A DNA stretch of 64,000 bases from NCBI GenBank assembly GCA_030390025.1, contig CM059432.1, forward strand, positions 144,896,001 to 144,960,000, in the 5' to 3' direction. The notes beneath the pieces were generated by a model. That model worked only from the letters and a program-made list of their open reading frames with translations, was not told the DNA's origin and did not search any database. This document shows positions 23,928 through 35,439 of this stretch, one piece after another. Source of the stretch: Squalus acanthias (lineage: Eukaryota). Both the position numbers and the translations under genes were made by a program. Every line of letters starts with the position of its first letter. Within the stretch, counting starts at the first letter, position 1.

Positions 23928-25208
23928 CTTCTTAGGCAGTCCCTCGGAACTGAGGATGACGTGCTTCCACATTAAAAATGAGTTCTCAGGTGACTGATGA
24001 GTCCAATGCGGGACCTACAGTCTCTGAAACAGGTGGGGCAGACGGTGCTTGAGTTGACGTGTGCTCCTTGCGCTTGGCTTCCGCTTGCTCCCGGCAAAGA
24101 GACTAGAGGTGTTCGGCGCCTTCCCGGATGCTTCTCCTCCACTTTGTGCGGTCTTGGGCCAGGGATTCCCAGGTGTCGGTGGGGATGCTGCACTTTTTCC
24201 AGGAGGCTTTGAGGGTGTCCTTGAAGCGTTTCCTCTGCCCGCCTGGGGCTCTCTTGCCGTGTCGGAGCTCCGAGCAGAGCGCTTGTTTTGGGAGTCTCGT
24301 ATCGGGCATGCGGACGATGTGACCTGTCCATCGGAGTTGATCGAGCGTGGTCAAGCTTCGATGCTGGGGATGTTGGCCTGAGCGAGAACACCGACGTTGG
24401 TGCGCCTATCCTGCCAATGGATTTGCAGGATCTTGCAGAGGCAGCGTTGGTGGTACCTCTCCAGTGCTACCTCTCCAGTGCTTTGAGGTGCCTGCTGTAC
24501 ATGGTCCATGTCTCTGAGGCATACAGGAGGGCGGGTATTACTACTGCTCTGTAGACCATGAGCTTGGTGCCGGGTTTGAGGTCCTGGTCTTCAAACACTC
24601 TCTTCCTCAGGCGACTGAAGGCTGCACTGGCACACTGAAGGCGGTGTTGGACTTCATCATCAACGTCTGCCCTTGTTGACAGTAGGCTCCCGAGGTATGG
24701 AAAGTGGTCCACATTGTCCAAAGTCTTGTCGTGGATTTTGATAATCGGGGGGTAGTACTGTGTGGCGGGGGCAAGTTGGTAGAGGACCTGTGTCTTACGG
24801 ATGTTTAGTGTAAGGCCCATGCTCTCGTACGCTTTGGTGAAGGTGTTGACGATGGTTTGGAGTTCGACCTCCAAGTGAGCGCAGACGCAAGCGTCGTCTG
24901 CATACTGTAATTCGACGACAGAGGATGGGACGACCTTGGATCTGGACTGGAGGCGACGGAGGTTGAACAGTTTCCCGTTTGTTCTGTAAATTAGCTCCAC
25001 TCCAGCAGGGAGCTTACTGAAGGTGAGATGGAGCATTGCAGCAAGGAAGATCGAGAAGAGCGTTGGTGCGATGACACAGCCTTGCTTGACCCCGGTCCGT
25101 ACGCGAATTGGGTCTGTGGTGGAACCGTTGGTCAGGATCACGGCTTGCATGTCGTCGTGAAGCAGGCGGAGGATGGTGGCAAACTTTTGAGGGCAGCCAA
25201 ATTTGAGA
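23928..25208 (-). mobile_element. RTE-clade LINE, 5'-truncated
   Basis: GVKQGCVIAPTLF and LQYADD motifs, C-terminal CPTC...HLRTH, (AAG)n tail, and a 13-bp TSD ACAACAACAACTT (23915-23927, 25209-25221). Confidence 0.9.
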
Positions 25209-26480
25209 ACAACAACAACTTGTATTTATATACCACCTTTAACGTAGTAAAATGTCCCAAGACGCTTCACAGGAATATTATAAAACTAAATTTGACACTG
25301 AGCCACATAAGGAGAAATTAGGACAGGTGACCAGGTGGGCAGAACAGTGGAAAATGGAATTCAATCCAGAGAAGTGTGAGGTAATGCATTTGGGGAGGGC
25401 TAACAAGGAAAGGGAATACTCATTAAATGGTAGGACACTGAGTAGTGTAGAGGAACAAAGGGACCTTGAAGTGCATGTCCACAGATCCCTGAAGGTAGCA
25501 GGTTAGGTAGATAAGGTGGTTAAGAAGGCATATGGAATGCTTGCCTTTATTAGCCGTGGCATCGAATACAAGAGCAGGGGGGTTATGCTTCAATTGTATA
25601 AAACACTAGTTCGGCCTCAGCTAGAGTACTGCATGCAGTTCTGGTCACCACATTACAGGAAAGATGTGATTGCACTAGAGAGGGTACAGAGGAGATTTAC
25701 AAGGATGTTGCCAGGAGTAGAGAATCTTAGCTATGAGGAAAGACTGGATAGGCTGGGTTTGTTTTCCTTGGAACAGAGGAGGCTGAGGGGAGACCTTATT
25801 GAGGTGTATAAAATTATGAGGGGCCAAGTCAAAAACCAGGGGGCACAGATTTAAAGTAATTGGTGGAAGGTTTAGAGGGGATTTGAGGGGAAATTTCTTC
25901 ACCCAGAGGGTTGTGGGGGTCTGGAACTCACTGCCTGAAAGGGTGGTAGAGGCAGGAACCCTAACCACATTTAAAAAGTACTTGGATGTGCACTTGGGAT
26001 GCTGTAACCTGCAGGGCTATGGAGGAGGTTACAGAGATAGGGAGGGGCGAGGCCATGGAGGGATTTGAACACAAGGATGAGAATTTTAAAATTGAGATGT
26101 TGCTTAACCGGGAGCCAATGTAGGTCAGCGAGCACAGGGGTGATGGGTGAACGGGACTTGGTGCAAGTGAGGACACGGGCAGCCGAGTTTTGGATGACCT
26201 CAAGTTTACGTAGGGTAGAACGTGGGAGGCTGGCCAGGAGTGCATTGGAATAGTCAAGTCTAGAGGTAACAAAGGCATGGATGAGGGTTTCAGCAGCAGA
26301 TGAGCCAAGGCAGGGGTGGAGACAGGCAACGTTACGGAGGTGGAAATAGGTGGTCTTAGTTATGGCGCGGATATATGTTCGAAAGCTCATTTCAGGGTCA
26401 AATATGAAGGTTGTGAACAGTCTTGTTCAGCCTCAAAAGACAGATGCTAGGGAGAGGGATGGAGTCGGTGACTAGGAGTT
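25209..26480 (-). mobile_element. L2 LINE 3' part, interrupted by a plus-strand CR1
   Basis: LIHAFVTSRLDYSNALL...LHWLPV peptide and a (GTT)n tail. Confidence 0.88.
25332..26022 (+). mobile_element. CR1 LINE ORF2 fragment
   Basis: LYKTLVRPQLEYCMQFWSPHY peptide. Confidence 0.9.
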
Positions 26481-28926
26481 AGGGACAAGAAAACATCCCA
26501 TTGTTTTACGCTGGAATAAATTACATTCAACTGATTCAATACATTGTGCAACATTGCCAGCTTGAATTAGCTTTGTGGCACTTTACACTCGTGCCAAAAG
26601 CAGCACTGCAACAAGCTACACCACACAAACCATCATAAACCCATCATAAAACAATGCCTGTGAGATAAAATAAACCACACTGGGCGCCAACACATTGCTG
26701 ACAACCTTTCAAGAGAACAGAAGACAGTCTTTTACTCACGAGAACCAGACGTGAAGAAGTATAATGGTAAAGCAACATAAGCCTTTGGGAAGTTCCAAAT
26801 AATCTCAGGCTCTTCCTTTACTCTATATTTCTCCTTTTCTCATCTTCTACTTCATGAACAAAATGTAAAATATTCTACTTGCTGTGATCTCCAATTTAGG
26901 AGCTCAAACCAAGAGACTGGCTCTGATTACGATGTAGCCTTCTAGAGTTAAATTCAAGAGAATTTTTTTTTTTTTATGATCAATATAAAATAATTGTTCC
27001 CTATTGCAACAATCTTTAGGTAAGTCATATTTTGACTTATATTGGTTTTGTGTCACAACAGTGTCACTGTTTCCCAAATCTCTCACAGCTTACAGCAACT
27101 CCAAAATAAACTTGCTGGAGTTACCAAGGCATGATGTCAGGAAGAGCTGGTTTAAATCGGGCTTCAGGAAATCTAGAAAGTTTGCTTTGGGGTTGCTGTA
27201 GGCTGTGAAGTCTCAGGAGACAGTGCCACTAACGTAACATTAAACCAATACAACAGCAGCTTCAGATGTAGCTAGTAGCCGGGCGGTGCGATAAATGCTC
27301 AGGCAGGAAAAGATTAAAAGAAAAAATTAGCAGCAAGTTCCCCTAATAGCTCACCGAGTTCATCAAATGAACCTCGGGTCCAAACAGATCTGTGCCGAGA
27401 GAACTGATTTCAGAGGGATGGCAGTAGGAGACTCCCTATCTTGTCCTTAGCAGCCCTCGATTTACACCAACACTTGGTCAACAAATCACATGCTCAATTC
27501 ACGGTCATGGCTCACATGTGAATATTGGCCTCATTAGCATGGAACCAGAAAGCAAGTATGGAAACATGGACCCCAGCAAGCAGTCAACACCTTCAGAAGA
27601 GGGAAGGGAGGAAAAATTCACCAAAGAAATGGAGCAGCAGATCACTAAAGTAGCATTATTAGATTTAGCATACATAACTGACAGACTGCTGGGACTTCAG
27701 AATGTGACTCTATAAAAAGGCCAATGGATTTCACTGCACATCCCGAAATAGCCCTGCAACTTACAACTAATTACATACAGCACACCTGCCCAATTTCTCC
27801 CTCCCAATAGGTTAGATGCCACAGGGTACTCCTTTTCACAGGGAGTTGGCAATCTCCGGAATAAGTTGCCAACAAGTGCGGATTCCCTGTGAGCGTTCAA
27901 AAAGGGAGCTGGACAGGTTCCTGCGAGTAACAAGCATCTGTACGTAGAGAAGGTAGGTGGTGGCAAGTGTCACTTTTACCATGATCTCCTGGAGTTTATC
28001 GCAGAGGAATTATACCCAGCGTCTTTTCCTAAGTTGGTCCCAAATTTTTTCCTACTTACTTTGCCTCTCAAAGATTGCGTGACTGCTGGGGGGGGAGGAA
28101 GACAGGAGAATGGGGACGATGATGTCTGCAAAATACACGATGCCAGGACGCGTCTGATGGACCAGCTTGATCTACTCCTGCCCGTTATCTTTTTCCTCCA
28201 CTTCAAAAGTACTTCATTGACTGTAAAGCGCTTTGAGACGTCCGGTGGTCATGAAAGGCGCTATATAAATGCAAGTCCTTCTTTTCTTGTGGAGTATGCA
28301 CGATGATGATTTCTTTCTGCAATAATTCCTTATTTATTTTGCTGCCCCTAGGGTTTTAGTGAAACGAAAGCTATCTGAAGGGTTTTAAACTCTAACACAA
28401 GTTTGCAATAAGTTACAGGTTGTAATATAGTTAATTCCCTCGATAAACATACATGCAAATTACTGGGTGGGGTGGGGGGGGGGGGGGGGGTGGAGAGATA
28501 ACCCTCTGTATCTGAATGAATGTAAATGATGCTTAATGTGACACCAAATACACAGTGGCTGAATGATCAGCTGTGCTTATCCCTTTGGATAAATGCGTCA
28601 GATGTGCCCCTGGATTTGTGGAGTACAAATCGGCTTAGCAGCTGCCTAGCCCAGAACATGCAACAGGCAGGATTTCTGCTCGGATTCTTTGTTAATTAAA
28701 GTGTAAAGCTTTCTCAGCGGATGAGCCGAGAGTGAATGATACAGGAACCGAGCTCACAGCCTCGCTTCATTCAGCTGGATGCTCAGGTTATTCCTGGTTT
28801 ATTTTTTTTATTTTTTTTTGGAGGGGGGGGGGGGGTGGGGTATTTGAATCTGCTCCGCGACTCCGGGAGAATACAAACCCACAGGAGTGAGAGGAACTCA
28901 GTAACACGGCTCAGCACCAGACTCAC

Positions 28927-28957
28927 CTTCAACCGGCGCTGCAAACCCACTGGCACA
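28927..28957 (-). other. Possible 5'UTR exon of BBS9
   Basis: Strong minus-strand donor GAAG/GTGAGT (28921-28926) with an upstream TGTTTGTTTGCAG acceptor. No transcript evidence is available. Confidence 0.3.
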
Positions 28958-29014
28958 CTGCAAACAAACAGCGGCCACTCCAGCTCTCTGTCACAGGTCC
29001 GTGGGTGGAGGTTC

Positions 29015-30016
29015 TCTGTCCCGGGTCTGAGGGAGAAGGTTCTTTCTCCCAGGTCTGTGGGTGGGGGAGGGATGGTGGGGTCTATCCCGGGTGGGGGGGG
29101 GGGGGGGGGGGATCTGGTCTGTCCCGGGTCTGTGAGGGATGGGGGGGGGGTCTTTCCCGGGTCTGTGAGGGGTGGGGTGGGGGGGGGTCTGTCCCGGGTC
29201 TGTGAGGGGTGGGGTGGGGGGGGTCTGTCCCGGGTCTGTGAGGGATGGGGGGGGGGGGTCTGTCCCGGGTCTGTGAGGGATGGGGGGTCTGTCCCGGGTC
29301 TGTGAGGGATGGGGGGGGTCTGTCCCGGGTCTGTGAGGGATGGGGGGGGGGGGTCTGTCCCGGGTCTGTGAGGGATGGGGGGTCTGTCCCGGGTCTGTGA
29401 GGGATGGGGGGGTCTGTCCCGGGTCTGTGAGGGATGGGGGGGTCTGTCCCGGGTCTGTGAGGGATGGGGGGGGGGGGTCTGTCCCGGGTCTGTGAGGGGA
29501 TGGGGGGGTCTGTCCCGGGTCTGTGAGGGATGGGGGGGGTCTGTCCCGGGTCTGTGAGGGATGGGGGGGTCTGTCCCGGTCTGAGAGGGATGGGGGGGGG
29601 GGAGGGAGTCTGTCCCGGGTCTGAGAGGGATTGGAGGGGGGGGGGGGGTCTGTCCCGGGTCTGTGAGGGATGGGGGGTCTGTGAGGGTTTGGGGGTCTGT
29701 GAGGGTTGGGGGGGGTCTGTCCCGGGTCTGTGAGGGTTGGGGGGGACTGTCCTGGGTCTGTGAGGGAGGGGGGTCCGTGAGGGTTGGGGGGGTCTGTCCC
29801 GGGTCTGTGAGGGAGGGGGGTTCTGTTCCCGGTCTGTCCCAGGTCTGTGGGGGGGGGGGGGGGGGGTTGTCCCGGGTCTGTGTTCCCGGTCTGTCCCGGG
29901 TCTATGAGGGAGGGAGGGAGGGGGGGGGGGTGTCTGGTCTGGGTCTGTGAGGAGGGGGCTCTGTCCCGGGTCTATGAGGGGGGAGGGGGTCTGTGTTCCT
30001 GGTCTGTCCCGGGTCT
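29015..30016. repeat. G-rich minisatellite of about 30 bp
   Basis: Tandem GTCTGTCCCGGGTCTGTGAGGGAT(G)n with G-runs of variable length. Confidence 0.95.
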
Positions 30017-30019
30017 CTC

Positions 30020-30310
30020 TATGAGTCCAGGTCCCGGCGGTGTACAAGTCCCAAGGCCGGACCCAGCCTGGCGGTGGGCGAATGAAAACCAACCGCTGCT
30101 CGTCTCCAGGCCGCAGCCTGCGCTCGGGCTCGGTGTCCCCTACTTGCCCCGCTCCGGGTCACTCATCCGCCACCCGCTCCACCGTTGTCATAGCGCCGCC
30201 GCGAGCGACGCTCTGGCACTGCGCAGGACCGGAAATACTGCCGCGCGCGCGCGCGCCTGCCCGCAGAGACTGACGGGAATTGTAGTTTGTCGCGCATGTC
30301 GGCACAGAGC
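30020..30310 (-). promoter_or_regulatory. CpG-island promoter and probable non-coding exon 1 of BBS9
   Basis: CpG-rich segment with an X-box-like GTTGTCATAGCGCC (30184-30197), ETS-like CCGGAAAT (30229-30236), a (CG)n run, and ZNF143-type ACTACAATTCCCGTCAGT on the minus strand (30269-30286). The BBS9 ATG exon has a splice acceptor, so an upstream UTR exon is required. Confidence 0.7.
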
Positions 30311-30747
30311 ACATGCCTGAGACACATAAAGCATCTCTTTCATGCGTGGCACTCTTAAAAATTATAGATTGCAGATTCCATGTGTTTAAATGGGGTTGGG
30401 ATCTGTTAAATCTCAATCCTTACATTTCTTTTGAGGCTGACCTCCAAATAGGGGAGAGGATGGGTATAAATTTAATCTTGCAGGCTATCCACTTCCTATA
30501 ACCGAACTGTAAGCGTTTAATGTAGTCATCAATGTCCGGGTCCCAGTCAGTATAACACATGGGAGAGTGACTGTTGAGAAAACCTTTGGGGAAATGATTG
30601 TTAAAAGTTCTAACGTCACTTTAAATTTTTTTAGGTTAAAAAACTATTGCATGTGAAGCATAAATTGTTTAAAACTAAGCAGAATATATCAATGTAACAA
30701 TGTTGGGGGGTGCGTAGCCCCGACTCCACCTTAGAAATATTTGTGCC

Positions 30748-31060
30748 TCCATTTTAAAATTCTCATCCTTCTTTTCAAATCCCTCCATGGCCTCACCCCT
30801 CCTGATCTCTGTAATCTCCTCCAGGCCTACAACCCTCCAAGATATCTGCGCTCCTCTGACTCTGACCTTGTGAGCACCCCCGATTTTAATTGCTCCACAA
30901 TTGGCGGCCATGCCTTCAGCTTCCAAGTCCCTAAGCTTTGGAATTGCCTCTCTAAAACTCTCCACTTCCTTTAAGATGCTTCTTAAAAACTACCTCTTTG
31001 ACCAAGCTTTTGGTTATCTGCCTTAATATCTCCTTATGTGGCTTGGTGTCAAATTTTAAT
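30748..31060 (+). mobile_element. L2 LINE 3' fragment
   Basis: FKILILLFKSLHGLTPP peptide plus an L2 3'UTR. Confidence 0.8.
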
Positions 31061-31062
31061 TG

Positions 31063-32458
31063 TCATGCCTGACGAACCTGATTGAATTTTTGAAGAGGTG
31101 ACTAAAGTAGTGGGCAGGGGAATGTCTATGGATGTTATTTATATGGACTTCCAGAAGGCATTTAATAAAGTCCCTCGTAAGAGACTCATTTCCTGCTCAT
31201 TTTCTATTTCATTTCCTGTTTTTTTCCAGTTCTGACGAAAGGTCTTCGACCTGAAACGTTAACTCTGTTTCTCTCTCCACGGATGCTGCCTGGCCTGCTG
31301 AGTTTTTCCAGTGTTTTCTGTTGTTATTTCCTCAAAAGAGACTGTTAGCTAAAGTTGAAGCTCATGGAATTGAAGGCAAACTATTGACATGGTTAGGAAA
31401 TTGGCTGGGTGGCTGGAGACAGAGAGTAGGCATAATGGGCAGGCACTCTAATTGGCAGGATGTGGCTAGTGGTGTCCCACAGGGATCTGTGTTGGGGCCT
31501 CAATTACTCACAGTATTTATCAACGACTTAGATGATGGGATAGAAAGCCACATATCCAAGTTTGCTGATGACACAAATATAGGCTGCATTGTAGATGGAA
31601 GCATAAAATTACAAAGAGATATCAATAAATTAAGTGAACGGGCAAAACTGTGGCAAATGGATTTCAATGTAGGCAAATGTGAAGTCATCCACTTTGGACC
31701 TAAAAATAATAGAACAGAATACTTTCTAAATGGTGAAATGCTAGAAACAGTGGAAGTCTAAAGAGACTTGGGGGTCCAGGTACATAGATCATTAAAATGT
31801 CATGAACAGGTACAGAGAATAATAAAAATGGAATACTAGCTTTTTATATCTAGAGGACTAGAATACAAGGGAGCAGAAGTTATGCTACAGCTGTACAAAG
31901 CCCTGGTTAGACCACACCTGGAGTACTGTGAGCAGTTCTGGGCATCACACCTTAGGAACGATATATTGGCCTTGGAGGGAGTGCAGCATAGGTTTACCAG
32001 AATGATACCTGGACCCCAAGGGTTAAATTACAAGGAGAGATAACACAAACTAGGGTTGTATTCCCTGGAATTTAGAAGGTTAAGGAGTGACTTGATTGAA
32101 GTTTTCAAGATATTAAGGGGAAGATAGATAGGGTAGAGAGAAACTGTTTCCACTGGTTGGGGAGTCTAGGACTAGGTGGCATAGTCTAAAAATTAGAGCC
32201 AGACCTTACAGGAGTGAAATTAGGAAACACTTCTACACACAAAGGGTGGTAGAAGTTTGGAACTCTCTTCCGCAAATGGCAATTGATGCTAGATCAATTG
32301 TTAATTTTAAATCTGAGATTGATAAATTTCTGTTAACCAAAGGTATTAAGGGATATGGGGCAAAGGCGGGTATATAGAGTTAGGTCGCAGATCAGCGATG
32401 ATCTCATTGAATGGCAGAACAGGCTCGAGGGGCTAAATGGCCTTCTCCTGTTCCTATG
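31063..32458 (+). mobile_element. CR1 LINE 3' half, degenerate
   Basis: [10 protein letters not shown]...KFADDT motifs and a CR1 3'UTR. Confidence 0.9.
31187..31329 (+). mobile_element. Short Penelope 3'-terminal insertion with hammerhead motif (31228-31264)
   Basis: Contains AGTT-CTGACGA-A-AGGTC-TTC-GACCT-GAAA-CGTT-AACT and matches 35040-35138. Imperfect 14-bp TSD CCTCGTAAGAGACT/CCTCAAAAGAGACT. Confidence 0.8.
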
Positions 32459-32736
32459 ATAACGCTCCTGTGCAGCACCTTGGGATGTTTTGCTACGTTA
32501 AAGGTGCTATATAAATACAAGTTGTTGTTGTTGCCTTCAACATCTGGATTTCCTCTTCAAGCTTTCATCCACTTATTTTTTTATACAATGCAAGCAAAAT
32601 AATGTTATTTGTATTAATCTACCCAGTTGATCTAACATCTGTTTGTCATGATGCGGAGATGCCGGTGTTGGACTGGGGTGGACAAAAATGAGAAGTCGCA
32701 CAACACCAGGTTATAGTCCAACAGATTTATTTAAAA

Positions 32737-32774
32737 TTACAAGCTTTCGGAGCTGTTGCCCCTTCGTCAGGTAA
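32737..32774 (-). ncRNA. Minimal hammerhead ribozyme motif
   Basis: Minus strand reads TTAC-CTGACGA-A-GGGGC-AACA-GCTCC-GAAA-GCTT-GTAA. Confidence 0.68.
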
Positions 32775-32808
32775 AGGTACAATGAGGAGATTGTATCTCT
32801 GCAGACAA

Positions 32809-35138
32809 TCTGGCCTCTTACCCTCTCTAGATCTTTTCATTGCTAACTGCCGCCGTGACATCGGCCAGCTCAATTTCTCTGCTCCCCTCACTCACTCCAA
32901 CCTACCTCCCTCTGAACTTGCAGCACTCCATTCTCTCCGATCCAACCCTGACATTGTCATTAAACCTGCTGACAAGGGTGGCGCTGTTGTTGTTTGGCGA
33001 ACCGACCTCTACCTAGCGGAAGTTGAACGCCAACTCTCTGACACCTCCTCCTACCTCCACCTGGACCATGACCCCACTACTGAACATCAAGCCACCGTGT
33101 CCAAGACCGTCACTGACCTCATCTCCTCTGGAGATCTTCCCCCCACGGCCGCCAACCTCATAGTTCCCCAACCGCGCACAGCCCGCTTCTACCTCCTTCC
33201 CAAGATCCACAAACAGGACTGCCCCGGTAGACCCATCGTTTCAGCCTGTTCTTGCCCCACGGAACTTATCTCTTCCTATCTCGACTCTATTTTTTCTCCC
33301 CTTGTCCAGTCTCTTCCCACCTACATCCGCGACTCTTCCGATGCCCTCCGCCATTTTAACAGTTTCCAGTTTCCCGGCCCCAACCGTCTCCTCTTCACTA
33401 TGGACGTACAATCCCTCTACACCTCCATTCCCCACCAGGATGGCCTGAGGGCGCTCCGCTTCTTCCTTGAACAGAGGCCCAACCAGTCCCCATCCACCAC
33501 CACCCTCCTCCGCCTGGCTGAACTTGTTCTCACATTGAACAACTTCTCCTTTGACTCTACCCATTTCCTCCAAATTAAAGGTGTTGCTATGGGTACCCGC
33601 ATGGGTCCTAGCTATGCCTGCCTTTTTGTGGGATATGTGGAACACTCTTTGTTCCAGTCCTACTCGGGTCCCCTCCCTCACCTATTTTCCGGTACATTGA
33701 TGACTGTATCGGTGCCGTCTCCTGCTCTCGCCCTGAACTAGAACATTTCATTCACTATGCTTCCAATTTCCACCCTTCCCTCACCTTCACATGGTCCATC
33801 TCCGACTCTTCCCTTCCCTTCCTCGACTTCTCCATCTCCATCTCTGGGGATAGGTTATTGACTAACATTCACTACAAGCCCACCGACTCCCACAGCTACC
33901 TGGACTACACTTCCTCCCACCCCGCCTCCTGTAAGGACTCTATTCCATTCTCCCAGTTTCTCCGTCTCCGCCGCATCTGCTCTGATGATGCCACCTTCCA
34001 TACCAGTGCTTCCGACATGTCTTCCTTTTTCCTCAACCGAGGATTCCCCTCTACCGTGGTCGACACGGCCCTCGACCGTGTCAGTTCTATCTCCCGCACT
34101 TCTGCCCTCACCCCTGCCCCTCCCTCCCGGAACCACGATAGGGTTCCCCTTGTCCTCACCTTTCACCCCACCAGCCTCCACATTCAACGGATCATCCTCC
34201 GCCATTTCCGCCACCTCCAGCGTGATCCCACCACCAAACACATCTTCCCCTCACCTCCCCTTTCAGCATTCCGCAGGGACCGCTCCCTCCGCGACACCCT
34301 AGTCCACTCCTCTACCACCCCCAGCACCCCTTCCCCTTCGCCCGGCACCTTCCCGTGCACGCGCAGGAGATGCTACACATGCCCTTACACCTCCCCTCTT
34401 CCCACTGTCCAGGGCCCCAAACACCCCTTCCAGGTGAAACAGCGATTTACTTGTACTTCCTGCAATTTAGTATACTGTATTCGCTGCTCACGATGTGGTC
34501 TCCTCTACATTGGGGAGACCAAACGCAGATTGGGTGACCGCTTTGCGGAACACCTCCGTTCAGTCTGTAAGGGGGACCCCGAGCTCCCGGTGGCCTGTCA
34601 CTTTAATTCACCGCTTCACTCCCACTCTGACCTCACCGTCCTCGGCCTATTACACTGTTCCACGGAAGCGCAGCGTAAGCTCGAGGAACAGCACCTCATC
34701 TTTCGTTTAGGCACGCTACAGCCCTCTGGACTCAATATCGAGTTCAACAATTTTAGATCATAACCTCAGCTCCAATCACATTTATATTTTATTTTTTCCA
34801 CCCTTTTATTTGCCCCCCCCCACCTTTTTTTTTCCTCCTAGAAGCTGGCAGCTGTCCTTCATTCTGCCAGTGGATTTCACACTTCTTTCAGCCTTAATCT
34901 GTCACATTTACACCACCTCTAGCCTTGCATATCTCTTAATGTCTCTTAATGTCTCTTCATCTCCCCCTTTGTTCTTTTATCCCCTCCCCCTTTTCCCAGC
35001 TTTACTCTGGCCTTAAATCTATTTGATTTCCGGCTCTTCACAGTTCTGATGAAAGGTCATCGACCTGAAACGTTAACTCTCTTTCTCTCTCCACGGATGC
35101 TGCCTGGCCTGCTGAGTTTTTCCAGCGTTTTCTGTTGT
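32809..35138 (+). mobile_element. Penelope-like retroelement (Neptune-type), RT plus GIY-YIG, 5'-truncated, single frameshift
   Basis: Motifs IKPADKG, LPKIHK, GRPIVS, MDVQSLYTSIP, GVAMG, RYIDD (frame-shifted at about 33688), a CTRRRCYTC linker and NLVYCIRC...LYIGET. 15-bp TSD TATCTCTGCAGACAA (32794-32808, 35139-35153). Confidence 0.95.
35042..35078 (+). ncRNA. Minimal hammerhead ribozyme in the Penelope 3' pLTR
   Basis: Reads AGTT-CTGATGA-A-AGGTC-ATC-GACCT-GAAA-CGTT-AACT, with the ACGT palindrome as helix III. Confidence 0.72.
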
Positions 35139-35439
35139 TATCTCTGCAGACAAATTGCTTTCTGTGTTTATATACTGTGTAATACTGTAGATTCCCTCAT
35201 TGTACCTTTACCTGACGAAGGGGCAACAGTTCCCAAAGCTTGTAATTTTAATTAAATCTGTTGGACTATAACCTGGTGTTGTGCGACTTCTCATCTGTTT
35301 GTCAGGTAGAGATTTTTTCCGAGAAAAAAGTTCACCCTTTGAGTTGTTGCTGTTAAAGTTCACACAGCAGCAGTCTCATAAATGTACTGCAGCTTGCCTT
35401 TATCTAACACGCCTCACACAGCAGGAGGTCTGGCTCTGC

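Larger units (their letters stand above)
32649..35291 (-). mobile_element. Fold-back Penelope-like terminal element, copy 2 (host of the nested Penelope)
   Basis: Inverted arms at about 32687-32790 and 35193-35294, a tail at 32649-32686, and a 13-bp TSD CATCTGTTTGTCA (32636-32648, 35292-35304). Confidence 0.85.

Noticed and set aside
29082..30092. 336-aa proline-rich minus-strand ORF
   Set aside because: Translation of the G-rich minisatellite; the variable homopolymer lengths do not preserve frame.
33241..34241. Minus-strand ORFs over the Penelope element
   Set aside because: Antisense shadows of a C-rich coding strand, with no recognisable motifs.
35208..35245. Plus-strand hammerhead in the right arm of fold-back copy 2
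   Set aside because: The core GAAA is mutated to CAAA, so it is probably inactive and is not listed as a separate ncRNA.
32649..35291. DNA transposon with long TIRs carrying a reverse transcriptase
   Set aside because: The inner element has its own 15-bp TSD and the same arms occur empty at 6104 and 41664, so nesting is the simpler explanation.
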